This document shows positions 24,338-35,652 of a stretch of 64,000 bases of DNA, one piece after another (the first letter of the stretch is position 1; every line of letters starts with the position of its first letter). The notes beneath the pieces were generated by a model, which did not search any database, was not told where the DNA came from, and saw only the letters and a list, made by a program, of their open reading frames with translations. The translations under genes and the position numbers were made by a program. Location: assembly GCA_965153285.1 (NCBI GenBank), contig OZ229112.1. The stretch is one strand, 5' to 3'. This stretch comes from Podarcis tiliguerta. Taxonomy: Eukaryota.

Positions 24338-27300
24338 GTAACTAACCAATTCTTAAAGATTCACCCGTTTTTTTTAGACCTAACAGTATACAGCAAACCG
24401 AGATGCTTTCAAGTCTTTTCAGTGTAATGCTTTTGGAATAGTTCCTCTAGAGTAATGAATACCTTTCTTTGGAATGCAAATTCTGAGGGGATTTCTCAGG
24501 AAGCAGGAGCAAACACGGATGTGGCATCCTGGACATGGATCTCACCCCTGAACGATTTCAACACTTTCCAAGTATATTCAGAAATTGTTCCAAAGCCGCT
24601 CCCTTGGAGAGAGGGAGAGAGCCATTAAAATTGGCTTGTTATAAAGCATAAAAACCAGAAAAAATGAGTACATCTGGTATTTCAGAATGTGTCAGAAGAT
24701 GTACTTATTATAGATCATCTTCTAACCAGAATGCAACGAACCTATATAAGTGCCTCATACTCTGAGAGAGAGATGTGGCCTCTGTTTATTTTTTTTAACC
24801 CTGTTGTCTCTTTGTATATCATGGTGCCTTCGGATAAAATTCGTGGTTTTGAAAAACTGGTAAATCTAAACAACTTTGGAGGCCCTAGTTTCCGTGTTCA
24901 TTTGCTCCAGTGTTTTTAATACCTCTTGGTTAAAATATGAATAAATGAAAATTAGACAGGAGCTTCTAGGTTGTTGCCAAAAGTTAATGCTGTATGAAAG
25001 ATAAATCTGCATGTCCTAGTCATGGGCTTTAGAAACTTTGAAGCTATCGACTATGGCTGGAAAAACATGTCCAGCTCAAGGCACCAGCCTTTTTTAAAAA
25101 ACAAACCAAAACATTGTAGGTGACAATCCTTTAAAAGCCCAAATAAATTAGATAATGAGGCTCTAGCATCAAATGTGGAATGGCCCAGGATATTTCCAGC
25201 CCTGACATGACTATACTATTCCTCCTAGTTAGAGCACATGGTTGTTTCCCAAGAAGTTGTGGATTTATGAATGAGTACCTAATGCTTTGGGTTGGGGAGA
25301 TCAAAGGCAGATGGACATGGGTTGTTGCCACATCACTGCCTTTTGAACTGTAGGCAGAGAAACTAGTGTGTCTTAACCACACCAACCCCGATGGGCCAGA
25401 TGGCTTTGAGCAGACTGTGCCTTGAAATCCCAGTGCTAGCAGTGGACAGATTTTGATCGCCTAGTAAGTCTTCTTTATCTTTCCTTTTTTGTGTTTATAT
25501 GGCGGCATGATGCGGTGTTGTGCTTACAGCATCCCTGGGCACTTCAAAAACTTTCCTCTGCTGCCTCTTGCCTATCTTGTTTATTCCTTGACAAAGTCAA
25601 AGGGCCAGTTTAATTGGCTTTTCTGAGTCTGAGCATGATGTAAGGTCTAAGTATGTCCTAAAGCATTTACAGTAATATGACACAATGCAGTTACTCTGTT
25701 TACGTTTGTGGCATTGATTCCGAGTTTCAAGCATTAACAACAATTAGTGACTCTGTGTTGTTGTTTTTCCATTTCACAGATGAAACAGGAGCCGTTCTTC
25801 CTATATGGCAGCAAGTTTGAAAAGAAAGTAGCGGGGAATGTTATCAAGGAAAGAATTAAAGGAGACAGCCATGGTGATAAAGATATTGTATCCAAACAGA
25901 CTGAGCCAATGCGAATTAAGATTTTTGAAGGAGGGTAAGAACATACATTTGGAAATATCATGTGTGTTCTGTTATTTTTTAGAACAGTTTTTTAGGGTTC
26001 ATGCAAGCAGCTTGTGCTAGGTCCAATATCATGGTCTTGAGTCCATGTGATGGGGCAAGTGAACTGAGGTGAAACAGGTCTGGATCTCATCATTACCTGG
26101 CTGGACAACTGCTGAAAATTGGGATATTGCACCATGAATTAAGGGAGTAAAGGCGAGAAATTAAAAATCCACTGGAATTCTTGTTTTTTCCCCTTCTTCT
26201 TCTTTAAATAGATGAGCCATCAACCACCTTTGACTTTTGAAACTACTATCAGGCATTGACAGGATGGGAGAAATTGCCCTGTCATGAAAAGGAATCTAAA
26301 ATTCTTTAGATTGGACTTATGGAAAAAAATCTAGAGGTTGTTTGAATCCCAGATATTCTTTTGTAATTTTGAAATATGCCATTTGTAAGTTACTTTTTGC
26401 CTTTATAAATAAGGATTTAGGTAGACAGTGGTCTTACAATAAAACATTTGTATGGCAAAACAATGCAAAAATTCATGCTACCAGTGAGTTAAAGCAACCA
26501 TACAGAATATAACAAAGAAGATGGAACTAAATGCATTCTGAATGCCCTTTAGGTAAAAGAGCAGGGTCACATGATAATAAACAAATAACTCCTATGATTT
26601 CCCTTGATATGTACTATTCATTAAACTGTTGACAAGATCCATTAATGTATTCCCTCTATAGATTGACTCTGATTCCAGTAAACATTAAACGATGCATTGC
26701 TTTAAATTAAGCATCAACATTTGCCCTTCCCAGTCATATATGTACACTAGCAGTCAGCTTGCTTTTTGGTATTTGGTATTTTCCAAGACATTCCTCAACA
26801 GACAACTTCCTATTATTTTTCCAGTTCTGCTGCTACTATTTTAGCTGCAGTCAACACATTTCCCACCAGCTCCTCCTGTGTCTTATTTAAACACTTCCTT
26901 ATACAATTTCAAAGGATAACTTGTAGACAAAAGTCTTTGCTCCATTACTGCCCAAGTAAATTTTAATACTAACTCCCCCCCCTTGTTCTTCAGAAATATT
27001 TTAAAATAAAGCATATTGAACTAGTTCAGATGTATGAGAACAGTTCTCAGCTCCGTCCTTCCCATCCAATACAACCATGAGGAGGAGTTTTGAAGCATCC
27101 ATATATCTCTATTTTTAAAAAACTAGCTACAGCTTGCTGTACCATCCAAACCCAGGAAACTGTAGTTAGTCTTAACTGTGGTTTACTAAAATGGAAGGAT
27201 TCACATGGCTTAGCATATTAAGAACAAGCAGCAGGGGGCCTGGGACTCGTAGGCTACCCCTTTTCTCTTCTCTCCAGCATGGCCATGAGCAGATTTCGCT

Positions 27301-30300
27301 TCTATTTTAGATTAACTACAGTTTAGGGTTTGGATGTAATATTGAAATGGTTAATCTTATAGATGGAGGCAGCTTCTGAAACTATGGTTTGAAGTTCACT
27401 TATCTTCTGGAAACTTCTATATCAGCAATGAGCTTATTCTTTTACATGCTCGCTTAGTGTGCCTGGTTGATGCAAGCTGTCTTGTTATCATCATTCAAAC
27501 AGCATTAGCCACTGATAGGTAGCATGATTCAAATGAAGACATTTGAATAGCAAAATTTGCTTTCCATGACCTGCAACTCCAAATGCCAAGAGGATTTCAG
27601 AAGCCATCTTTCAGGAAATTCACTAATTTAGTAAGCTCAGTTGACACTGTTCTGAATTCTGCAGATCATCCGGTGCCATCCAAAAGAATCAGCTCAGGCA
27701 AATAGGAGAGACGTAGAGTTGTTTTTTTAAGAGTAAGGAGGTTAGTGTGTGACATTTTATGGGAGAAGGAAAATTCAGAGTATCATACTGATGGGGGCTT
27801 AGCTAGTACAACAATAAAAATAACATATGTATCATGAAGATTAAAAAAAAAAATAGTTACAATTCTAGCACCTGACTTAGGAGTCAGATCAGATTCTCCC
27901 TTTTGGTGAATGTTTTGAAAGTAAAGGCTCTTGGTTATTTCTGTACTGCTCCCTCATAAAATACCCAGGTAAGGCACAACTATAAAACGTAAAACACCAT
28001 AAAAATGCACGTGATAATAAAAGTGATGGGCTAAATCAATTTATACAACTGCACAGGCCCAGCAGCATAAAAAGGTCTTCAAGAGATGCCTAAAAGTCGA
28101 AAGTAAGGATGCTGGAAGAGTGTTCCACTGCATAGGCCTGGGGGCGCTAAATGCCCCACTTTTAGTGAATGCCACTCAGGCCTTCATAACAAAACTAACT
28201 CTGATGAGCTCAGGGATCGAACTGAGATATAAGGGCTCAGGTGGTCCTTAATGGACCCTAGACCCATGTTTTTTCAGGGCTTTTTATAGCAACACAAAAA
28301 CCTTGACTCTGGTCTGGTAGGTTATGGGTAGCCTGTGCAAAGGTTTTAGCAGAGGTGTCATATGCCATCAGCCACGTGCTCCCATCAGCAGCCCAGCCAC
28401 CATGTACTACACCAGCTGAAGCTTCCAGGCCAAGCCGAAGGATAGCCCTACAGAGTGTGCATTCTTCCGAGGGCTTGGGTGCCAGGCTTCATGAGAGTAG
28501 CATTTTTTGGTTCCCAATCTTGCAAATGCTCAGTGCTTAGAAACCTTGTTGATTTTCTTAGTGGAGCCATGTGTAGTAGCCACACAATGTGACCTAAAAG
28601 ATGCTGCTGTAAGGTACTGGCTGTGTATCTGGATGCTTAAAAGCACCATTTTGATATTGCCTTTCTTCCAACAGGTATAAATCCAATGAGGATTATGTAT
28701 ATGTCAGAGGACGAGGGCGTGGAAAGTACATTTGTGAAGAATGTGGGATTCGCTGCAAGAAGCCAAGCATGCTCAAAAAACATATCCGAACTCATACAGA
28801 CGTACGGCCTTATATATGCAAGTTGTGCAATTTTGCCTTCAAAACAAAAGGTACTTAGTCGTTCTTACTCTGGGGCGGTGGGGGTGGGGTGGTCTGTTCT
28901 TCGCTCTCTGCCAACCATCTTTCCAAATGCAAAGGTGGCTTTCTTAAAGCAAGGTGGTTTTATTTATGAAAACGAGACCTCTTGAAATGCAACTTTCCCC
29001 TCTTTATCTAAGTGATTCAAGGATTTATGTGAGACGGAGAGCCACTCTGTATAACTTAATTAAGAAATATGGGCTTCTGCCCAGCCCAACTGTCTGCAAA
29101 GGAAATGTAGTGGCATAAAATTTAAAAAAACTGCCTTGGCAAACATTACTTTTGTGCTCCAAATGTTATGGTGCAAGGATTAATTACATTAGGGGATTGT
29201 ACATTTGCAGTGGCACATTGCAGAAGCAGAACATTAGCTGCAGGGCAGAGAATTCCTGATCTGCGTTTATGGTGGGTCAGTTTCACATTGATAAATAATG
29301 CAGAAATCCACAGACTCCAGGTGGGCCACTCCATCCACAGTGGTATTAATTATGGATTGAGATCTGATAGCTTGTGTTCACATGTACTTACCAGCTCAAG
29401 AGAGGGGGTGGTGGTAGAGAAACTTCCATTTGTCAGCCTGAGGCATTACATATAGCAGTACTCACTGGCGCAGAATTTCCCATGGAACCAGATCCTAAAG
29501 GGATATTTCATTGGCATTTTCTTTTATTGTTTACATTCCCTAAATCTTGGCCAAACCCTGCTTCTGATGTACCTCTTGGCCATGGCGATGTTCTAGTGTG
29601 TGTGCACGTATTGCATGAAAGATGCAGGTCCTTGCCGGTTTTGCAGCCGTAATATGACAGTAGCTGCTTTGGTGGCCCTGGTAGATGTCTCTGGGCTCCA
29701 ACTCTCATAATCACCTTACGATTCAAAGATGGTGGATAGTTTGCAGTCAGGAACATTGCCCTTCAGAAGTACATGTGTGTTTGGGAGGCTGCTGTGTTTC
29801 TTGATGGAGACAGTAGCTGCTGCAGCAGCCAATAATTTCTTTAACACTGCCGCAGCTGGGGCTGACCAAGACCTGGCTTCCATCATTCATTTTATTAAAT
29901 TAATTGTACTTATGCCCTAACTTTCCAATATAGGCCTCACAGCTCCAAATAAATAAATGCTCTCTATCTTGCATCTACTCTGGGTAGATTGCAAAATAAA
30001 TAAACAAAAATGAACAGCACGCTAAAACTCTAAATGCTACCTAAATTCTGGCTGTACATTTTTGAGGCGTTACCCATGACAACGAAGAACCGAGGTGAGG
30101 CTGAAAAAAAAAACCCTAATATAATTCTTTGTGCACTCAAATTCTCAGGCAAATATGGTTATGGATTGTATTTCAGTAACAAATTGCAAAGGGGTGGCTG
30201 TGCTAGTCTGGTGCGGCAGAATCAGCGACAGCTCTTGTGGCACTTCTAAGCATATCGAGTCATTATGGTGTAAGGTTTCGTGAGTCTGTAGAAGTGAAGT

Positions 30301-33300
30301 GTGTGATGAAGCCCACTTTTGTCCACAAAAGCTTGTGTGATCATAAGAGACTCCCCAAGTCTCTTCCTGAATTGTATTTCAGCCACCATAGCTAGAAGAT
30401 AGGGGCTGAAAATCAGTGCTGCTGTTCTGCTTGCAGAGTGGCTTTGATTCAGCAGAGGCATCCCCTAACACAACTGAAAGGGAAGTCACCATCTTAGAAA
30501 CTTCTGCAGCCCACTGTGTCACCTTCTGCCACATTATTCTGGAAAGTCACACAACCATCTGGAAACTAATTTTCAGAAGTTGAGGGGGATCTGCAGGGGA
30601 AAGAGGGACAAAAATCGCCTTCCCTTCTCTTATATTACCTTTGCAGAATTAAAAGCCATTCTGCACGCGGAAAGGCATCATCAGAATTCACCCCAGTCTG
30701 GTCTTAAATCATTCCTAGATTGTCCCTTGGTGCTTTGTCTTTTAAAGGCCCTGTTTTGGGGCCTTGTATTAGTATCCGATGCAAACAACTGAGTGGCAAT
30801 CCTTCCCAGCATGTTTGCATTGGCTAATCACCAATGGATTGTAAGGATGATGCTAAACACGATGGAAGTATTAGGGTTGTCTGAGCAGCACAGTAAAAAG
30901 AAGATAGGCTAAACATTCCTGAGCACCAGGACTAAGAATACCAGTACCTAAGAATATACATGCAAATACTGTATATGCAATTACTATTGCTACAATGGCG
31001 TTCAAATTGAGTGGATATGTTCCATCTGTCTGTCCAGTTTATTTGTTCTCTGTCTAGTGGGGGGGGGGGAGACTGCATAACGCCAACAAATTTCCGCATC
31101 CCCAGTGCCATCTAATTAGTGTCATCTTTCCACAGGAAATCTGACAAAACATATGAAATCTAAAGCACACATGAAAAAATGCCTGGAGCTGGGGGTATCT
31201 ATGACATCGGTGGATGATGCTGAAACAGAAGAAGCAGGTATGTCACAATGAGTTCAGTGACTTGCTGTGGCCTTTGCAGTATGCAAATGACGCATCACAT
31301 TTTATCACTTGCTGACAAGAGAGGATGTGTTAAGAATCCCCCCCCAATTTTCTCATGTCAACACAAAGCGTCGAAACAATTTTGACATTTTTGTCTGAGG
31401 CTTACAGAGTGTAGGGTTTCATTGATTCTGAAAATGGCTTCCCTGCCCCCTCCCCATCCCGAATGGAGTATAAACATTGGTTGTAGCACGCAGAGTATTC
31501 TTAAAGGTTGACATGCAAACACATTCCCAATTAGCGTGAAAACATTCTGTACCTCGCAAGCTGTATGAGACCTGTCCAAGCTGTATGTACAAGGTGATAA
31601 TGGGCAGAATTTTTCTGCAAACTGCGGAATCCAGATTATACTCCTGTCAGTTTGATACATCCTTGGGCACTTGAGAATCCTAGTTCCTAAATCTGTTGGG
31701 AGGGAAAATCTTAATTTAGGCCTCATGCTTACAGAGTAAATCTTTAATAGGTAAAGACTTGAGATGCCAAGCTCAGATTGTCTAACTGTGCAATCCTAAA
31801 CATGTCCACTTGGAAGTAAGTCCCACTGAGTTCACTGAGAGTTACTCCCAGGTGTGTAGCCTTTCAAGACCCTGTAAGTGCTATTTTGTCAAACCCCAAC
31901 CAGTCACCATGTGACTTGGGTTCTCATCCTACCCTGCAGAAGTTTTAGAGAGCCATAGAAAACAATGGTATTTTAGTGCTTGATTGTGACAGCTGCTTTG
32001 TGTGTGGGAAAGCTGTATGGTCAAGTCTGGAAGTATGTCTCTGACTTATGCTCTTTTGACTTGTCACAATTGTTTCAGAAAATATGGATGACACACAACA
32101 CGAAGTCAAGAAGAGCAGCATGGCTGGCTCGTCAACAGAGCACCAGTTCTCTGATGCTGAGGAATCGGATGGAGATGATGGAGAGGACAATGATGATGAT
32201 GATGAAGACGAGGATGATTTTGATGACACCCTTGGAGATTCAACACCCAAAACAAGATCCCGAAGCACTAGCCCCCAACCCCCAAGGTTCTCCTCATCTG
32301 TGAATGCTGCTACAGCATCCTATGGGGGTTCTCCTGACAGTTCAGTGGGACATTCATCCTTGATAAGTTATCTGGTCACTTTACCAAGCATTCAGGTTAC
32401 TCAGCTACTCACACAAAGTGACACTTGTGATGATTCACAGATGACAGAATATCAGAGGTTTTTCCAGAACAAAAGTACAGATTCAGAACCAGACAAAGAT
32501 AGACTTGACATACCTTGCTGCATGGATGAAGACTACATTGTTTCTTTGGAGTCCAACTCTCCTAGAGACTTTTCATCTTCCAGCCGACAGTCCTCACCTG
32601 GGTATGATTCTTCACCGTACAGAGATAATTCGCCAAAGAGGTATTTGATGCCCAAAGGAGATTTGTCCCCTAGAAGGCATTTATCACCAAGGAGAGAGAT
32701 TTCGCCCATCAGACACGTATCACCGAGGAAGGAAGCTGTACTGAGGAGAGAGTTATCACCACGGAGAGATGTGTCACCAAGACGCCATCTATCACCACGG
32801 AGACCCATGTCACCTGGGAAAGATGCATCCTCCCGAAGAGATCTGTCTCCACGAAGAGAGAGAAGGTATATGGCCTCAGTTAGAGCAGCATCACCCCGAA
32901 GAGGGTTGTACCATAACCCAACGTTGCCCATGGGCCAGTATTTGCAGTCGGAGTCAGTTCCATTGGGACAGTCGGTGAGTTGAAAAGAACATGGTAATCC
33001 AAAATGTGAACTTCATTTATCTGATAGTGTTCTGTAACTATGAGTGGTTGGCATAAGTAAAGCATAAAGCAGAGTTGTGTTATGTATTCTAGTCAGAGGT
33101 ACAATGGATGAAAGGGGCAGTGATTTGTACAACAGAACCTTATGGAAGAGTCACTGGCAGGCCACAGTGAGTGCCGAAAACCATGTGGCAGAGACAACTA
33201 ATGGAAGGATCAACAGGGGTCCCCTTAACAGCATCCTGGTAGTCCTGTTGCAATTGTTGGGAGCTGAATAGTTCCCCCCCAAAAATCCCTTCTCCCGTGT

Positions 33301-35076
33301 CCCATGTTAAAATGACTCTAGACCTTATCATTCTTTCCATCGGCAAATACCAGAAAAAACATCCATGTATATAGGCAAATGAAGGTTCAGTGTGCCTTGA
33401 CTTGCTGGCTTTTGTCTGGAAAGAAAATTGAAGATGAGTTGTAGTCCAAAACATCATTGGATCTGAACTCTAGAATCATAGAGTTGGAAGGGGCCCTTAG
33501 GATCATCTCCAGCCCCTGTAATGCAGGAATATGTAGCTTTCCCTTACAGAGATCAAACCTGCAACCTGGAGGACAGCAGGTTGGCAATGGCTGATTGAGA
33601 TTAACTTCCTCACCCCCTGCTTCTCAGGAAAGGGTCCCAGGAAGGGCAAACCAGGAGATAAACTCTCAGATCCTTCCTAGAACAAGCTAGTACAGCTGCC
33701 CTTCTATCTTCTGTCTGTTTGTTTCATACTTACAGCTGCCCTTCTATCTTCTGTCTGTTTTGTTCNNNNNNNNNNNNNNNNNNNNNNNNNNNNNNNNNNN
33801 NNNNNNNNNNNNNNNNNNNNNNNNNNNNNNNNNNNNNNNNNNNNNNNNNNNNNNNNNNNNNNNNNNNNNNNNNNNNNNNNNNNNNNNNNNNNNNNNNNNN
33901 NNNNNNNNNNNNNNNNNNNNNNNNNNNNNNNNNNNNNNNNNNNNNNNNNNNNNNNNNNNNNNNNNTTGTTTATAAGCCTACCCTGTGTGTGTGATATTTC
34001 GGAAGGTGAATTTAAAATGTATAAAGAGGGCATGAATGATAGTATTTGCTCTGCGGAGCATCTTATAGTTGTGGCAATTTGCTCTAGATGGCAGAGTGGC
34101 AAGGTTTTGTAGCCACAGTGTCTCTTGCACGTTACCTCTTGTTCTTTGACGACACATTTTGCTGAACCAGAGGTAGCATTGTAGAACAGATTTCCTGGTC
34201 TTGCGATAGCTGCTGCTAATTGTGAAAATCTTTCTCTGTTTGCAGAGTTCAAGACCAGGGTTGTTCCAGGGACCTTATTTCAATATTTCTGGGGAAAAGG
34301 GACTTCTGGAGCATCACGGATCTAGCCTGTTCCCTGAGGGTCCTACTGACTATGTCTTCAGCCACCTCCCACTACACTCTCAGCAGCAGCTTCGCGCCCC
34401 CATCCCAATGATGCCCATTGGCGGCATCCAGATGGTCCACTCGGTACCTGCAGCCCTTTCAGGTTTACACCCTCCGTCCATCTTGTCCCTCCCCAAAGAG
34501 GGCTCTGGTGAAAAGAAGAGGGCAGCTTCGGAAACCATCGCTCAAGAATCGTGCATTGTTTTGAAGCACCACGAGAAGCGCACCTGCCCTCACGCTCTGC
34601 ACACCGCGGCTCGAGGCGCCGCATCGCCTTCTCAGCTGCTGCTGCTGCAACAAAGCACTTCGGAAGACGGCGTCGTCGAGAGGGAGCAGGAGGAAAACAT
34701 ACAGACTTGTACAAAAGCCATAGCTTCTCTCCGAATCGCAGCCGAGGAAGGCCTACACGGGACAGAGCAGTCGCAGAGGGATTCTGAGCCTCCGCAGAAA
34801 CCCTCGGAAAGTGCACATTTTAGCATTAAACACTTTAGTGGCTCCGAGCCAGGTCAGATCTGTGCCTCAGCCACCTCCCCTGACTTGCACAGTGGCGAAA
34901 AGGACCTTTTTGGTACATCACAGACTGCGTTATCTCATTCCACCTTTTACAGCAAAAGCAGTGCGGATGTCAGACAGTTAGGCTATCTTAGTAAGCAAGA
35001 TTCCCCATCAAGCACACCGGAAAGAAGAGAACCACCCTCCGAAAAAAGCAACCCACAGCGATCCGAAAATGTGTGA
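19211..35076 (+). CDS. HIVEP2: HIVEP2 / Schnurri-2 zinc-finger transcription factor; spliced CDS join(19211..24337,25780..25934,28675..28850,31136..31237,32079..32974,34246..35076), 2428 aa
   Basis: N-terminus [19 protein letters not shown]. Two C2H2 pairs ([23 protein letters not shown]... and [23 protein letters not shown]...), acidic tract, SPRR repeats and C-terminal FSHLPLHSQ all match HIVEP2 as I recall it. Intron phases 0,2,1,1,0 join into one open frame of 7287 nt. Confidence 0.97.
25780..25934 (+). CDS. HIVEP2: HIVEP2 coding exon 2 (155 nt; [12 protein letters not shown]...[11 protein letters not shown])
   Basis: Acceptor tttttccatttcacag, donor GG|GTAAGA. Conserved RIKIFEGG motif precedes the second zinc-finger pair. 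Confidence 0.95.
27143..27336. repeat. Inverted repeat (~28-nt arms), probable non-autonomous DNA element
   Basis: catccaaacccaggaaactgtagttagtct (27143-27172) pairs with agattaactacagtttagggtttggatg (27309-27336). Confidence 0.7.
27935..28463 (-). mobile_element. Degenerate L2 LINE 3' fragment
   Basis: Minus strand reads [36 protein letters not shown], homologous to the L2 at 17408. Confidence 0.75.
28675..28850 (+). CDS. HIVEP2: HIVEP2 coding exon 3 (176 nt; [58 protein letters not shown]), ZF3 and first half of ZF4
   Basis: Translated by hand (not in the ORF track). Acceptor ctttcttccaacag, donor AAG|GTACTT. Confidence 0.96.
31136..31237 (+). CDS. HIVEP2: HIVEP2 coding exon 4 (102 nt; [34 protein letters not shown]), end of ZF4
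   Basis: Translated by hand. Acceptor catctttccacag, donor CAG|GTATGT. Completes the C2H2 finger begun in the previous exon. Confidence 0.96.
32079..32974 (+). CDS. HIVEP2: HIVEP2 coding exon 5 (896 nt; acidic tract and SP(R/K)(R/K) repeats)
   Basis: ORF 32084-32983 in the track. Acceptor tgtttcag, donor TCG|GTGAGT (phase 0). Confidence 0.95.
33471..33530 (-). mobile_element. CR1 LINE 3' terminus fragment
   Basis: tagaatcatagagttggaagggg is the reverse complement of the CR1 (ATTCTATG)n-type end. Confidence 0.65.
33691..33765. repeat. 40-nt tandem duplication abutting an assembly gap
   Basis: tacagctgcccttctatcttctgtctgttt occurs at 33691 and 33731. Confidence 0.85.
33766..33965. other. Assembly gap (200 N) in last HIVEP2 intron
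   Basis: N run. Confidence 0.99.
34246..35076 (+). CDS. HIVEP2: HIVEP2 last coding exon to TGA stop
   Basis: ORF 34222-35076 in the track. Acceptor tttctctgtttgcag. Contains [20 protein letters not shown] and [16 protein letters not shown]. Confidence 0.94.
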   Translation, partial: SSRPGLFQGPYFNISGEKGLLEHHGSSLFPEGPTDYVFSHLPLHSQQQLRAPIPMMPIGGIQMVHSVPAALSGLHPPSILSLPKEGSGEKKRAASETIAQESCIVLKHHEKRTCPHALHTAARGAASPSQLLLLQQSTSEDGVVEREQEENIQTCTKAIASLRIAAEEGLHGTEQSQRDSEPPQKPSESAHFSIKHFSGSEPGQICASATSPDLHSGEKDLFGTSQTALSHSTFYSKSSADVRQLGYLSKQDSPSSTPERREPPSEKSNPQRSENV

Positions 35077-35280
35077 AGACTTTAATACATGTGTTTACTC
35101 CGACCCCCGACTCCCTTCCCCTAGTGATAGAAGGAAGTATTCATCTTTATAGCATGCCGGTTCTAAGTTACAGTAGTTTGCTATTATATATACTTTTGTT
35201 ATATCAAAAGAATTGAGTAAAACTACGAGTCATCATGAGCCTGACCAAAACGAAATTTCAAAGTTCTTATTGGGTCTGGT

Positions 35281-35652
35281 NNNNNNNNNNNNNNNNNNNN
35301 NNNNNNNNNNNNNNNNNNNNNNNNNNNNNNNNNNNNNNNNNNNNNNNNNNNNNNNNNNNNNNNNNNNNNNNNNNNNNNNNNNNNNNNNNNNNNNNNNNNN
35401 NNNNNNNNNNNNNNNNNNNNNNNNNNNNNNNNNNNNNNTGTAAAGCAAAANNNNNNNNNNNNNNNNNNNNNNNNNNNNNNNNNNNNNNNNNNNNNNNNNN
35501 NNNNNNNNNNNNNNNNNNNNNNNNNNNNNNNNNNNNNNNNNNNNNNNNNNNNNNNNNNNNNNNNNNNNNNNNNNNNNNNNNNNNNNNNNNNNNNNNNNNN
35601 NNNNNNNNNNNNNNNNNNNNNNNNNNNNNNNNNNNNNNNNNNNNNNNNNNNN
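35281..35652. other. Two assembly gaps (35281-35438, 35451-35652) separated by a 12-nt island, in the 3'UTR
   Basis: N runs. Confidence 0.99.

Noticed and set aside
32533-32931. Antisense ORF with LLGD/LRGD repeats
   Set aside because: Shadow of the SPRR repeat codons on the opposite strand.
34358-34826. Several overlapping antisense and alternative-frame ORFs in the last exon
   Set aside because: Expected in GC-rich coding sequence; no domain or splice support.
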